A stretch of 64,000 bases of DNA, from the IMG/VR virus record IMGVR_UViG_3300031787_000011; one strand, given 5' to 3'. Source of the stretch: a virus. The notes under the pieces were generated by a model, which worked only from the letters and a program-made list of their open reading frames with translations, was not told the DNA's origin and did not search any database. Below, in pieces: positions 15,863 through 26,237 of the stretch; positions within the stretch are counted from its first letter, which is position 1, and the number at the start of each line of letters is the position of its first letter. The translations under genes and the position numbers were made by a program.

Positions 15863-16065
15863 TATTTAGCTTTTCTTAATACTTTATTGTATTTAGTGAC
15901 TTTAGACTTCAAGAGTTGATTGTCTTTATTAAGTTTGACATATTCGTCGTCTACCAAATGAATAAGATCGCCAATTTGAAAATCTTGGCCTTCTTTTACT
16001 ATTTTGTAGTTCTTTTCTTGCGCGGATGAAAGTTTTGTCATATTTATTGGTTTATCGTCTTGCAT
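15862..16065 (-). CDS. hypothetical protein
   Basis: Coupled ORF. Confidence 0.65.
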   Translation of the reverse strand: MQDDKPINMTKLSSAQEKNYKIVKEGQDFQIGDLIHLVDDEYVKLNKDNQLLKSKVTKYNKVLRKAK

Positions 16066-16066
16066 G

Positions 16067-16273
16067 TTAAGATTTGCCAGAATTCTTGTCTTCTATATTT
16101 TTAATGGTGCCATAATCATTAAAAATATAATCAAACATCCACTCTTCAGCTATTTCATTCATATTTAACTTTTCAAGCAGATCGCTGTATATGCCATATT
16201 GATCTTCTTGAAGTTTTTTTATTTTGCTGCGGGTTTCTTTGATTAGATTGCGCTGTTCAGATGTAAATTTCAT
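16067..16273 (-). CDS. hypothetical protein
   Basis: Coupled ORF. Confidence 0.65.
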   Translation of the reverse strand: MKFTSEQRNLIKETRSKIKKLQEDQYGIYSDLLEKLNMNEIAEEWMFDYIFNDYGTIKNIEDKNSGKS

Positions 16274-16920
16274 ATCCAGAGAGTATCGTAGTATTTGGCA
16301 AAAAGAGCAAGACCATTTTCTTTTCTTTCATTGAGTTTGGAGGCTCTTTCCATGTATTCTTTCCAACCTTGCTTTTCCTCTATGGTCATTGGAGAGTTGT
16401 CGCTCCAAGCTTTATCAACAAACGATTTAGGAAAATCGCAGAATTTATCTCCATCAATAATAAACTCAAAAGCAAAAATCATTTCATCCAAAACGTCATT
16501 CATTTCTTTCAAGCCTTTTGCTTCTGCTCTTTCAAGTTCTTCTCCCTCAAGAACATGAAAATTAGTTGGTAAAAAACAAACGGGGATTCCAGCTTTACCC
16601 TTTTCCTTAAAATACTTAAGGCGAGGTAAAACAAATAGAGCAATATTGTATCCTAATGAATACACATCATCATCAGAAACACCATAACGAAATTTCTGGT
16701 ATCTGCACTTCGCCCACCAGCGGATTTCTCTAGGCCAATTCCTAGCTTTCCATCCAAGTCGGAAAGGAATAAGATCAAGCAAGAAGTCTACATATTTATT
16801 GTAAACATAAACATCCTCAGAAAACATACTTTCAAAAGCTTTTGCGTTTTCTTCTGCGATCTGTTTTTGGCGAGCGATCTCTTCTGGAGATCTAAAATCA
16901 AATTCTAGTTGTCGGCTCAT
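16270..16920 (-). CDS. hypothetical phage protein
   Basis: LDEMIFAFE...GLALFAKYYDTLW C-terminus. Confidence 0.75.
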   Translation of the reverse strand: MSRQLEFDFRSPEEIARQKQIAEENAKAFESMFSEDVYVYNKYVDFLLDLIPFRLGWKARNWPREIRWWAKCRYQKFRYGVSDDDVYSLGYNIALFVLPRLKYFKEKGKAGIPVCFLPTNFHVLEGEELERAEAKGLKEMNDVLDEMIFAFEFIIDGDKFCDFPKSFVDKAWSDNSPMTIEEKQGWKEYMERASKLNERKENGLALFAKYYDTLWI

Positions 16921-17660
16921 AAATCTTTGTAATTTTTAATTTCCATTTTACCGTTAGTTATGGTCATCCACTCGCTTAGGTTAGTATCTATGCAGTAATT
17001 TTCAGTTTTGCAATGAGTTTGGATTACTCCTTTGCGTCGATAAGTATGCCCAAAAATTTGAGGCATGATATTTAGTGGCGCAAATTCTCTATCGAAGTCG
17101 AGCCAAACAATACCACCTTTAGGTTGGTATCCGCCTCTTGAATAACCGGCCCCATAAAACCAGTGAAACTGCTTAGTTCTTATTTTTATATTAGCATCAT
17201 TTCCTTGGATTGTCAAATATTCATAAAGATCTTCGGAATTAACAATCGCAGGCGACAAAAAATTATAATGCAGACCAGCATGAGTGCATAAAAACTCATC
17301 AAGAAAAATAAACCAGCTAAATTTATCAACTATAGCCGGTTTATCTTCTCCGAAGATTTTGTCTATTACTTGAGCTTTGCGATACTCATATCCACTACAT
17401 GTTGTGTATTTATTAGCAAAGAAATAATGTAAATCGTGATTGCCAAAAAGAGTAAAGTTGCCGCCAGCTAAATAATCTTTGAGAAAAAAAGCGGTCTTCT
17501 CAACATCTTCATCTTCGTCTACAAAAAGACTGTCGAACCAATCGCCAAGGCAAACATTAATATCGGCAGCTTCGTGCTTTATGATTTTCGCAAGCTTATC
17601 AACTTCCTGATGGACATCAGAAAATATTAAAATCTTATTTCCTTTGCTATCTATTTTCAT
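16917..17660 (-). CDS. calcineurin-like metallophosphoesterase
   Basis: SDVH, LGDWFD, GNHD, THAG, FGHT. Confidence 0.92.
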   Translation of the reverse strand: MKIDSKGNKILIFSDVHQEVDKLAKIIKHEAADINVCLGDWFDSLFVDEDEDVEKTAFFLKDYLAGGNFTLFGNHDLHYFFANKYTTCSGYEYRKAQVIDKIFGEDKPAIVDKFSWFIFLDEFLCTHAGLHYNFLSPAIVNSEDLYEYLTIQGNDANIKIRTKQFHWFYGAGYSRGGYQPKGGIVWLDFDREFAPLNIMPQIFGHTYRRKGVIQTHCKTENYCIDTNLSEWMTITNGKMEIKNYKDL

Positions 17661-18442
17661 ATTTTTTTCAAGAAACTCAAATCTGAATCTGGTGCTGAGG
17701 GGTTATTCGGCTTGTCTAATGATTTAGATGGGTAATCACGAAAATCTCTAAAAGCTTCTATGACTAATTTTTTATTAACAAAAGAAAGCTCTATATCAGA
17801 AGGAATAGAAAATTTTTCAGTATAATTTTTATTTAATTCTGGAGAAAATCTATCTTCAAAATAATTAAAATTGCTGCTATAATTATTACCGTGAACATGA
17901 CAAAGGTAAAAATATTTGTTTATTTTTTCGATGCATTCAAAGAAAATTTTTCTAGTTTCTGGGTCTTTCAAATTATGAAATTCGAAAAGCAATCCGGTTG
18001 TTATTTCAGACATTTTTTGCATGTCTGTATTTAATAAAAATTCATATTCACAACCTTCTACGTCGCATTTAAATAATACTTTTTTTTGCGAAGAAGAAAG
18101 CAAATCTTCTGATTCATTTTGAAAATATTTATCGTAATGAGAAAAAAAATGATCGGTATCTCTAGTTTTTTTACCAGAAAGACCTTCTTTGGTGAATATT
18201 CCTTTGTCACAAGCCCAAGCTGGAAAAATTACGTTATCTATTGTATGATCAAATAAATAAGCTTTTTTATTCGTAGCCTCTATATAATCAACTTCTAAAG
18301 AAATGTCATTCCCTACTCCATAGCTAAATAAAGCTTCGCTTTGGCACAATGCTTGTATTGCGATTATGTATCCTCCATCCCATGGATAACCAAATCTAAT
18401 TTTAGGGAGTTTGACATTAAAAACAGAAAGCTGATTTATCAT
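17657..18442 (-). CDS. FkbM-like methyltransferase
   Basis: DGGY, SYGVGNDISLE, FKCDVEGCE, HVHGNNY. Confidence 0.8.
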   Translation of the reverse strand: MINQLSVFNVKLPKIRFGYPWDGGYIIAIQALCQSEALFSYGVGNDISLEVDYIEATNKKAYLFDHTIDNVIFPAWACDKGIFTKEGLSGKKTRDTDHFFSHYDKYFQNESEDLLSSSQKKVLFKCDVEGCEYEFLLNTDMQKMSEITTGLLFEFHNLKDPETRKIFFECIEKINKYFYLCHVHGNNYSSNFNYFEDRFSPELNKNYTEKFSIPSDIELSFVNKKLVIEAFRDFRDYPSKSLDKPNNPSAPDSDLSFLKKI

Positions 18443-18453
18443 ATTAATTTATA

Positions 18454-19422
18454 TTAATATTTTTCGTTATAATAAACAATAGTTTTTTTAATTGATTGCC
18501 TAAAATTAGATATTGTCCAATTCGGAAAATTAAATAAAAAATCTGAATTGTCTATGGCATATCTAAGGTCGTGGCCTTTTCTATCCTCTACAAACTCAAA
18601 CCATCTAAAATTCAAATCTGCTTTTGTGATTTCCTTATATTCTTCAGCAAGAATATGAATCAAATCAAAATTTGAAATTTCATTATTTCCTCCAATTAAA
18701 TATTGTTTGCCAGATTTGCCATCGAAAAGTATTTCTATCAACGCCGCGACATGATCTTTCACAAAAATCCAATCTCTGATATTAGATCCATTTCCATATA
18801 ATGAAATAGGCTTCCTAGACTTAAAGCTAGAAATGCACTTAGGAATCATCTTCTCTTTGTGCTGATTCGGGCCAAAATTATTGCTGCAATTTGTAATTAT
18901 AGTAGGAAGTCCATAAGTTTTATTAAAACTTCTTACAATTAGATCGCTTGCAGCTTTGCTGGAGGCATATGGGCTATTTGGTCTATATGGGCTATCAACT
19001 GTAAAAGGCAATTCTTTTTGATTGAGACTTCCAAATACTTCATCTGTAGAAATATGAATAAATTTGTTAAGCTTGCCGTACTTTACTGCGCACTTCAATA
19101 GATTATGAGTGCCGCTTATATTAGTGTGTATGAAAGGGTCAGAATTATCAATAGAATTATCAACATGACTTTCCGCAGCAAAGTGTACAATATATTTTAT
19201 CTCATTTTCGACCAATAAATTAAAGATATTTGAGCTATTGATATCTTCAATTATGAGATTGTATCTTGAGTCTCCGCTGAAAGGCAGGTTTAGATTCGCC
19301 GCATAAGTTAATTTGTCAAGATTAATTAAAATCTTGACATCTTTATTCTTAAGCATCTCCTCAATAAAATGACTTCCGATGAAGCCGCAGCCGCCAGTAA
19401 CTAAAATATTCATATCTTCCAA
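18454..19422 (-). CDS. rmlB: dTDP-glucose 4,6-dehydratase
   Basis: TGGCGFIGS, DKLTYA, AAESHVD, STDEVFG, YASSK, RKGHDLRY. Confidence 0.95.
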   Translation of the reverse strand: MEDMNILVTGGCGFIGSHFIEEMLKNKDVKILINLDKLTYAANLNLPFSGDSRYNLIIEDINSSNIFNLLVENEIKYIVHFAAESHVDNSIDNSDPFIHTNISGTHNLLKCAVKYGKLNKFIHISTDEVFGSLNQKELPFTVDSPYRPNSPYASSKAASDLIVRSFNKTYGLPTIITNCSNNFGPNQHKEKMIPKCISSFKSRKPISLYGNGSNIRDWIFVKDHVAALIEILFDGKSGKQYLIGGNNEISNFDLIHILAEEYKEITKADLNFRWFEFVEDRKGHDLRYAIDNSDFLFNFPNWTISNFRQSIKKTIVYYNEKY

Positions 19423-20267
19423 TTATTTAAGCAATAATCTAAAGATTCTTCAACAGATTTTATTTTAATGCCTGCGTTTAATAGTTTAGTGTTACTCATT
19501 ACGCAATTAGACCGAGGAGTGCTTGCATAATTTTTATATAATTCTTCTTCATTAATTAAATTGAAATCTCTATTTTTAGCTATCGTGTTTTTTAATTTAT
19601 TGACCAAAGCTTCTGTAGTTATTGATCCAGTATTTACTACATTGTAAATTCCAAATGGAACATTTTTAACAATGCATTCTATACAGGCATTGACAAACTC
19701 TTCTTTATTAGAGATTGAGTTTTCAGCTTGCAAAAGCTTAGAATATTTAAGCATTTTGCTAATATAATTTCTAGGATTATCATTTTCTTCGAAAGGAATT
19801 CTTAATCTCCAAATGTAATTTTTTTCATATGAGGAAACGCTTATTTCGGCTAAGGCCTTCGTGCCACTATAAAAACTGCAATTGTTTTGCTTGAAAGAAA
19901 AATTTGGTTCATCTTCTTCAGTGAATCCAGAGCCGTCTGATCTTTTACCAGTATAAATACATCCACTTGACACATGTCCCAAAACTATATCATTTAATTG
20001 ACAAAAGTGAACGAGCATTTGCGGCCATAAAACATTGCCATAAAATGTTTCTTCTTTATTTAATTCGCAAGCATCAACATTGGGTTTCCCAGTATATCCG
20101 GCAGCATTTATAACATGGCTAATCTTATTAAATTTAAAAAAAGTTTGGAGTTGATCGAAAGATGTCTTTCTAGCCCCTTCCCAAGCTATAAATGAAATTT
20201 TCTTTTTAGAAAGCTGTTTTTTAAATTCGCTGCCTATATACCCACTAGATCCGAATAATAATATCAT
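19410..20267 (-). CDS. dTDP-4-dehydrorhamnose reductase or 3,5-epimerase/4-reductase
   Basis: GSSGYIG, AAGYTGKPNVDACE, SSGCIY, YSGTK, LRIPF. Confidence 0.85.
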   Translation of the reverse strand: MILLFGSSGYIGSEFKKQLSKKKISFIAWEGARKTSFDQLQTFFKFNKISHVINAAGYTGKPNVDACELNKEETFYGNVLWPQMLVHFCQLNDIVLGHVSSGCIYTGKRSDGSGFTEEDEPNFSFKQNNCSFYSGTKALAEISVSSYEKNYIWRLRIPFEENDNPRNYISKMLKYSKLLQAENSISNKEEFVNACIECIVKNVPFGIYNVVNTGSITTEALVNKLKNTIAKNRDFNLINEEELYKNYASTPRSNCVMSNTKLLNAGIKIKSVEESLDYCLNNWKI

Positions 20268-20878
20268 GATTCTTTTTTGATGAATTCTTCTACTGAAATT
20301 ATGTTAATTAATTCTTTTTTATTTGGAACAAAATAATTCCAGTTTAAAGCCGCCTTCAAAGGAACTTTATCGTACAATTTTTGAGATCCTTTTTTTAAAA
20401 TAGTACACCCGTAGTCTGTGTCAATTGTAAATATTTCTAAATTTGGATTGTTGAATCTTAGTTTAACAATGCTTTTCCAAACATCTCCGCACCATGAAAT
20501 TTGAGTGCGCGGAATTAATTGATCCTCATAGGTTGGGGGCAACGAATCATGAATCATTATGACCCCGCCTTCGTTTAATACATTGAGAGAATTGAATATG
20601 TCTCTATCAACTTGATCAGAATAGTGCAAGCCATCTATAAATACAAAATCATAAGTAATATTCTGGTTTTTAATTTTTTCAAAAAAATCATCTGAAGTCA
20701 TTATATAATTAACCGCTTCAGAAAGAGGATTTCCGGATTCTCCCGGGCCGGGATCCACGCCGTCTTTATGATTAGCTTTCACTTGGTCGATTGTAAGCCC
20801 TTCCGCAACGCCAAGTTCTAAATATTTTTGAAAGTTGTATTTTGAAATATAAAAATTAATAATATCTGTTCTGTTCAT
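20264..20878 (-). CDS. class I SAM methyltransferase
   Basis: YLELGV, FIDGLH, GGVIMIHD, WCGDVWK. Confidence 0.85.
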   Translation of the reverse strand: MNRTDIINFYISKYNFQKYLELGVAEGLTIDQVKANHKDGVDPGPGESGNPLSEAVNYIMTSDDFFEKIKNQNITYDFVFIDGLHYSDQVDRDIFNSLNVLNEGGVIMIHDSLPPTYEDQLIPRTQISWCGDVWKSIVKLRFNNPNLEIFTIDTDYGCTILKKGSQKLYDKVPLKAALNWNYFVPNKKELINIISVEEFIKKES

Positions 20879-20893
20879 GTTTATTTATATATT

Positions 20894-21745
20894 TTATTTA
20901 TTTGAAGTTAATTTTAACAAATAATTTTTGTATTCTGAATTTGGCATTTTAAATATTAAGTCTATTAAACTATTTTTATTTATAAAACCTTTCTTGAAAC
21001 ATTCCTCTTCGATATTTCCGATCATTGTTCCTTGTCTGCTTTGTATGGTTTGAATATAAGCAGAACTTTGGAATAAGGACTCTGGGGTTCCAGCGTCAAG
21101 CCAAACTGTTCCTTTTTTAAGCTTAATTACTGTCAAGTCTTCTTTTTTTAAGTAAATCTTATTAAGATCAATTATTTCTAGCTCGCCTCTGCCGGAAGGG
21201 GTTAAAGTTTTGGCGTATTCAGCAGCGTTTGTGTCATAAAAATATAATCCCGGCATGGCGTATTTACTACTTGGGAAAGGAGGCTTTTCCTCCATCGAAA
21301 TCGGATTACCATGAAAATCAAAATTAACTACTCCGTATGCCGACGGATTGGATACTTCACAGGCAAAAACAGTAGCTCCAGTATCTACTACTTCTATGTC
21401 TGATATCCCATGAAAAATATTATCTCCAAGAATTAAGCAAACGCTTTCATTCTTAATGAAATCCTCGGCGATAATTAGAGCCTGAGCTATTCCTTTTGGC
21501 TCTGGTTGTATTTTATAACAAATATCTAACCCAAGATGAGATCCGTCATTAAATAGTTTCTTATAACTGTCTATAAAATCAGGAGAAGATATTATGCAAA
21601 TTTCTCTGATCCCAAAGCTAATTAAATTAGCTAATGGATAATAAATCATTGGCTTGTCATAAACAGGAATCAATTGCTTATTGACAGAAACAGTCATTGG
21701 GTACAGCCTAGACCCTGTGCCGCCAGATAAAATTATACCTTTCAC
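20894..21745 (-). CDS. rmlA: glucose-1-phosphate thymidylyltransferase
   Basis: GIILSGGTGSRLYP, KQLIPVYDKPMIYYPL, LGDNIF, RGELEI, WLDAGT. Confidence 0.96.
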   Translation of the reverse strand: MKGIILSGGTGSRLYPMTVSVNKQLIPVYDKPMIYYPLANLISFGIREICIISSPDFIDSYKKLFNDGSHLGLDICYKIQPEPKGIAQALIIAEDFIKNESVCLILGDNIFHGISDIEVVDTGATVFACEVSNPSAYGVVNFDFHGNPISMEEKPPFPSSKYAMPGLYFYDTNAAEYAKTLTPSGRGELEIIDLNKIYLKKEDLTVIKLKKGTVWLDAGTPESLFQSSAYIQTIQSRQGTMIGNIEEECFKKGFINKNSLIDLIFKMPNSEYKNYLLKLTSNK

Positions 21746-22125
21746 ATTTGAATTATATTTCCATCTTTATCGCTATACCAAACTTCTTTCACGTTAAATT
21801 GCGAAATGACGCTTTGGCAACCACGACATGGCTTGCTAATATTAAGTTTCTTATTTCTATCTATTCTTAATACAAGCATTTTAAAATCAGAAAGATCTTC
21901 TTTGTCGGTTTTTAATAGGCAATCAAGTTCGGCATGGATGCCAACATAGCCTTCGTGGTAAGGGTGTTTTGATATTTCTGGATGAGTTCTTTTTTTATTT
22001 ATTCCTATTTTTTCTATTATTTTAGATTTGATTAAAAAAGCAAAATGGCTTGTGTTAAGATCCCTGCTTGTGGGGTAAAAAGAGTACGCTATTTTTATTG
22101 CTTTCGCAAAAACTTTTTTGTCCAC
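21742..22125 (-). CDS. zinc-dependent cytidine/dCMP-type deaminase
   Basis: HAE...SKPCRGC. Confidence 0.85.
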   Translation of the reverse strand: MDKKVFAKAIKIAYSFYPTSRDLNTSHFAFLIKSKIIEKIGINKKRTHPEISKHPYHEGYVGIHAELDCLLKTDKEDLSDFKMLVLRIDRNKKLNISKPCRGCQSVISQFNVKEVWYSDKDGNIIQM

Positions 22126-22130
22126 TCAAT

Positions 22131-22158
22131 ATGATGCCCGGGCGGGAGCAAAAGTCAA
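22131..22158 (-). promoter_or_regulatory. sigma70-like promoter
   Basis: TTGACT-N16-CATCAT-N5-GTG. Confidence 0.5.
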
Positions 22159-22213
22159 ATTTTTATTGGTAATTTTTAGATAAAATTAATAAAACCGTTA
22201 AGATCTATAGTAT

Positions 22214-25200
22214 ATGAAAATTTTTGGTCATGCGACATACGTTGGGAATAGCGGCTATAATTCTCACTGTAAGAATTTTTTCAGAAATTTAAATAAATAT
22301 CACGACATAAAAATTAGAAATTTTACTGTTTCTTCAGATTGGGCTGGCATTAATGGAAATCTTGAAAAGCCTCATGGGAAAAACATAGATAATTTAGATG
22401 AAGAAATGATAATTCTGCAAACTTTGTGGAACGACCGAAAAGAATTGCAAGATTTTCCAATACATGGATACAAAAGGGGATCTTTTAAGCATGATCTAAA
22501 CATAATTTTAGCAGAAACAAATCATTATTATTTTTATCATAAATACGATGGGCTAAAAATAGCTTACTTCGTTTGGGAAAGCACTGAAATATATGATCCA
22601 TTTTTTCAAAAATTGAAAGAATTTGACCAGATTTGGGTTCCAACGAAATGGCAAGCAAACTGTTTAATCGCCCAAGGGATGCAAAAAGATAAGGTAAAAA
22701 TTGTGCCAGAAGGCGTAGATTCTAGCGTTTTTTATCCTGAAGATATTGAATGCGAAGATGAAAAATTTAGATTCCTCATTTTTGGCAGGTGGGATAATCG
22801 CAAAAGTACGGTTGAATTAATAAGAGCTTTCAAGAATGTATTCGGAAATTATCCAAAAGTTGAATTATTAGTATCTATAAATGATAAATTTAATAGCGAC
22901 GGACTTGAATCAACTCAAAATAGACTTCAGTTTTTTGATTTAATTAGCGACAATATTAAAATATTGAATTTCCCGCCTAGAGAAGAGTATGTAAAAATCT
23001 TAAAGTCTGGGCATGTGTTTTTGTCTTGCTCCAGATCAGAAGGGTGGAATTTGCCATTGATAGAAGCTATGGCCTGCGGTATTCCTAGCATCTATTCTGA
23101 TTGCAGCGGGCAACTAGAGTTCGCTTTTGGGAAAGGAATACCAGTAAAAATTCAAAGAGAGATAGAAATGAAAAATTTTTATCCTCCCGGCACTATTTGC
23201 CAAGGGAATTGGTACGAGCCAGATTTTAAAGACTTAGAGCAAAAAATTTTAGAAGTTTATAACAATTACAAATTTTACAAAAATAAAGCTTTAGAAGAGT
23301 CAAAAGAAATAAGAGAAAAATTTTCTTGGGATAATTCTGCAAAAATAGCAAATGTTTATATTTCTGAATTGCTGAATATACCAGTAGCTCAACCAAAAGA
23401 AATCCAAAAACTAAAAATAGAGAATCAGTTAAAAAAAGTTAAGGCATTCGATGAACAAGGTTATGCTGAAATAATTGACGCAAATACTTATGAGAATAAT
23501 TGCGAAGTAGAAGAAGGCGATACCGTTTTAGATTTAGGGTGTTCTAGGGGTATATTTTACTTTAAAAATAAACATAAAAATATAAAATATTTTGGAGTAG
23601 ATGCTTGCTCTGAAGGCATTAAAGATTTCTACAGTTTTTTATTGGATGAAGATGATCCTGTAATAATAAACGCAATAATAAAAAAAGAAAAAGAAGTCGT
23701 TCTGGTAAAACCATTTTTTTACAATACAGAAAAGAAATTGGTGTCTTCGTTGTCTTTTAAAAATATAATGGCTTTGATGCCGCAAAAGATAAATTTTTTA
23801 AAATTTGATATTGAAGGAGGGGAAAAAGAAATTTTTTGCGATGAAAATGATTATAATTTATTCAAAGAAAAAGTAGAAAAATTTTCTGGAGAAATCCATA
23901 TAAAAGGAGCAGAGGGTATAACAGAAAAAGAAGCCATTAATATAATTAAAAAATTGCAGAATGATCCAGAAATTTGCTGTAAACTTCACAGCACCGATGG
24001 AAAACCAATAGATTTTTACTTTAGACCAAAATCAGGAGAATATCATGATCAAATCATAATATCAGGTATAGTAAAGAAAAATAGCAAATTTGATACTATG
24101 CCATTCAATCCATGCCGGGTTTTAGGGGAAGGAGTCTATAACATAGTGAATGAATCTCCATGCCTTGGGGATGTTGTAGCTTGGGTGCCAATGGTAGATA
24201 AATTCCAAAAGGAGAAAAGAGCAATAGTTAATTTTTATTCTCCATATGGCGAACTATTCCAATCTGTTTATCCAAATATAAATTTTGATTATTATAACAA
24301 TAAACCGCCCGAAGGAGATAAATCAGTAATTAAAATTGCTGCGTCGGATATAGGAGGCAAAAGATGGAGCCAATATAATTTACAAGAACTTGCCGCTAAG
24401 CATCTTGGCGTAAATTATGAACCTACAAGAGGAAAAATAGCTACCCCTAATAGACCAAAAAATAATTTTAAAAAGAAGTACGTTTGTATAGGGACGCAAT
24501 CGACGGCTCAATTTAAATATTGGAATAACCCAACCGGCTGGCAAGAAACAGTAGATTATTTAAAGAGCTTAGGATACGATGTGGTTTGCATAGACAAGTA
24601 TCCTCATTTCGGTCATGGAGAATACATGAATTCAATCCCGAAAGGATGCATAGATAAAACTGGAGAATTTAGTTTGATAGAAAGAGTAAATGATTTAATG
24701 CACTGTGAATTCTTTATCGGTTTAACCTCTGGCCTTTCTTGGCTGGCTTGGGCGTTAGGCAAAGATGTTGTTTTTATATCTGGAATTTCTTTGCCTCACA
24801 CAGATTTTCCAACTCCTTATAGAGTAACAAATACCAGCCCCAATCTATGCCATGGATGCGCGACAGAACCAGATTTTGTTTTTGATCAAAGCAATTGGCT
24901 ATTCTGCCCTAAAAATAAAAATTTTGAATGCACAAAAGAAATTTCTTTTTCAATGGTAAAAGAAAAAATTGACGCTTTGATAAGAGATCAAAACACAATA
25001 AAGCAAAATGTTAAAACTCCAAAGGAAAATAACTTTAATGTAGAAGTTGATTTTTCGAGGGGGGTAAGCATAAAAATAAAAGATAATAAATACAAAAACT
25101 ATATTGTTAAATTGTATTATCTTTCTAAAGGAGAGTGGCTGCCGTTTTTCGAAGATTTATCTGCAAGCTGCGGATTTGAATACGAAAACTGCATTGATTC

Positions 25201-25279
25201 TTTGGATTGGAAGTGTGAAGTTTATAAGTATGAAAATAAAAATTTTGATTTGATCTTTGAAAAGATTCATACAAGATAA
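22214..25279 (+). CDS. multidomain GT4 glycosyltransferase + FkbM methyltransferase + Aah/TibC-type O-heptosyltransferase
   Basis: SRSEGWNLPLIEAMACG; VLDLGC...FLKFDIEGGE; LGDVVAW, QSTAQFKYWNNPTGW, FIGLTSGLSWLAWA, CHGC..C..C. Confidence 0.88.
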   Translation: MKIFGHATYVGNSGYNSHCKNFFRNLNKYHDIKIRNFTVSSDWAGINGNLEKPHGKNIDNLDEEMIILQTLWNDRKELQDFPIHGYKRGSFKHDLNIILAETNHYYFYHKYDGLKIAYFVWESTEIYDPFFQKLKEFDQIWVPTKWQANCLIAQGMQKDKVKIVPEGVDSSVFYPEDIECEDEKFRFLIFGRWDNRKSTVELIRAFKNVFGNYPKVELLVSINDKFNSDGLESTQNRLQFFDLISDNIKILNFPPREEYVKILKSGHVFLSCSRSEGWNLPLIEAMACGIPSIYSDCSGQLEFAFGKGIPVKIQREIEMKNFYPPGTICQGNWYEPDFKDLEQKILEVYNNYKFYKNKALEESKEIREKFSWDNSAKIANVYISELLNIPVAQPKEIQKLKIENQLKKVKAFDEQGYAEIIDANTYENNCEVEEGDTVLDLGCSRGIFYFKNKHKNIKYFGVDACSEGIKDFYSFLLDEDDPVIINAIIKKEKEVVLVKPFFYNTEKKLVSSLSFKNIMALMPQKINFLKFDIEGGEKEIFCDENDYNLFKEKVEKFSGEIHIKGAEGITEKEAINIIKKLQNDPEICCKLHSTDGKPIDFYFRPKSGEYHDQIIISGIVKKNSKFDTMPFNPCRVLGEGVYNIVNESPCLGDVVAWVPMVDKFQKEKRAIVNFYSPYGELFQSVYPNINFDYYNNKPPEGDKSVIKIAASDIGGKRWSQYNLQELAAKHLGVNYEPTRGKIATPNRPKNNFKKKYVCIGTQSTAQFKYWNNPTGWQETVDYLKSLGYDVVCIDKYPHFGHGEYMNSIPKGCIDKTGEFSLIERVNDLMHCEFFIGLTSGLSWLAWALGKDVVFISGISLPHTDFPTPYRVTNTSPNLCHGCATEPDFVFDQSNWLFCPKNKNFECTKEISFSMVKEKIDALIRDQNTIKQNVKTPKENNFNVEVDFSRGVSIKIKDNKYKNYIVKLYYLSKGEWLPFFEDLSASCGFEYENCIDSLDWKCEVYKYENKNFDLIFEKIHTR

Positions 25280-25285
25280 AATCTA

Positions 25286-26236
25286 ATGAAAAAAAAGGTT
25301 GCTTTAATTAGTTCTTTTTGCGACAGCGACGACAAAATAAATGTATTGAATGAAAATATCAAAAAATTAAAAGCTTTTAATTTAGATATAATATTGGCAA
25401 CTCCAATATATTTACCTGATGACGTAATCAAGCTTTGTGATTATGTCTTTTATACTAAAGAAAATTTAATGTTAGAATGGCCTTTGTATAGAGAGGGATA
25501 TTGGAAAGAGATCTGCGAGATTGAGGGCAATATTGTAATTCTTTGGGAAGTCCATTCTCACTATGGGTGGGCTGGGCTGAGCCAAGTGAAAAAATTAACT
25601 GAAATAGCTCTTACTTTTGATTATGAGTATTTTTATCATTTAATTTACGACTTAGAAATAAACAGAGATGTTTTAAATGTTTTAAATGAAGAACCAAGTA
25701 ATTTAATAGCTCCTTTTAAGAGGGGAAATGTAGAATTGAACTCTTCTTTGCATTTAATGGCATTCAATAGAGAAAATGTAAAAAAATTAAATGACCATAT
25801 ATCTTTAGAAAATTATTTGGAATTTTTAAAAATACCAAAAGACAGAAGCGCTGAAGCGTTTTTAGAAAAAATAAAGTCCAGCATGAAATCTGAAACTACG
25901 GATTTCTTTGTAAGTGACAAAATTCACATCCTATATAAAAATTTTAACCATTCAGAAGTAGACGATTTAATGTTTTTTATAGAGAAAGATACTAGAAATG
26001 ATTTGCCAGAAATCAGAATCTTTTTTTATAAAAATAATAATGCTTTGGATGTGAAAGTGTCAATAAATGATAATTTAACAAAAATAGATTTGTCTAGAAA
26101 TTCTATATTTTCAAGCGGAGTTAATATTTTTGAATTAGAATCGGCTTATATATTATTAAATAATAAAAAAATAGACCTTTTAGATAAAATAAAATCAATA
26201 AAATATTCTGAAATACAGTTAAAAAAGGTTGTTTAA
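25286..26236 (+). CDS. hypothetical protein, paralog 1 (possibly glycosyltransferase-like)
   Basis: Shares KKVALISSFCD, YTKEN, YGW.GL, LIYDL, SLHLM.FNR with the next gene. Confidence 0.8.
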   Translation: MKKKVALISSFCDSDDKINVLNENIKKLKAFNLDIILATPIYLPDDVIKLCDYVFYTKENLMLEWPLYREGYWKEICEIEGNIVILWEVHSHYGWAGLSQVKKLTEIALTFDYEYFYHLIYDLEINRDVLNVLNEEPSNLIAPFKRGNVELNSSLHLMAFNRENVKKLNDHISLENYLEFLKIPKDRSAEAFLEKIKSSMKSETTDFFVSDKIHILYKNFNHSEVDDLMFFIEKDTRNDLPEIRIFFYKNNNALDVKVSINDNLTKIDLSRNSIFSSGVNIFELESAYILLNNKKIDLLDKIKSIKYSEIQLKKVV

Positions 26237-26237
26237 T

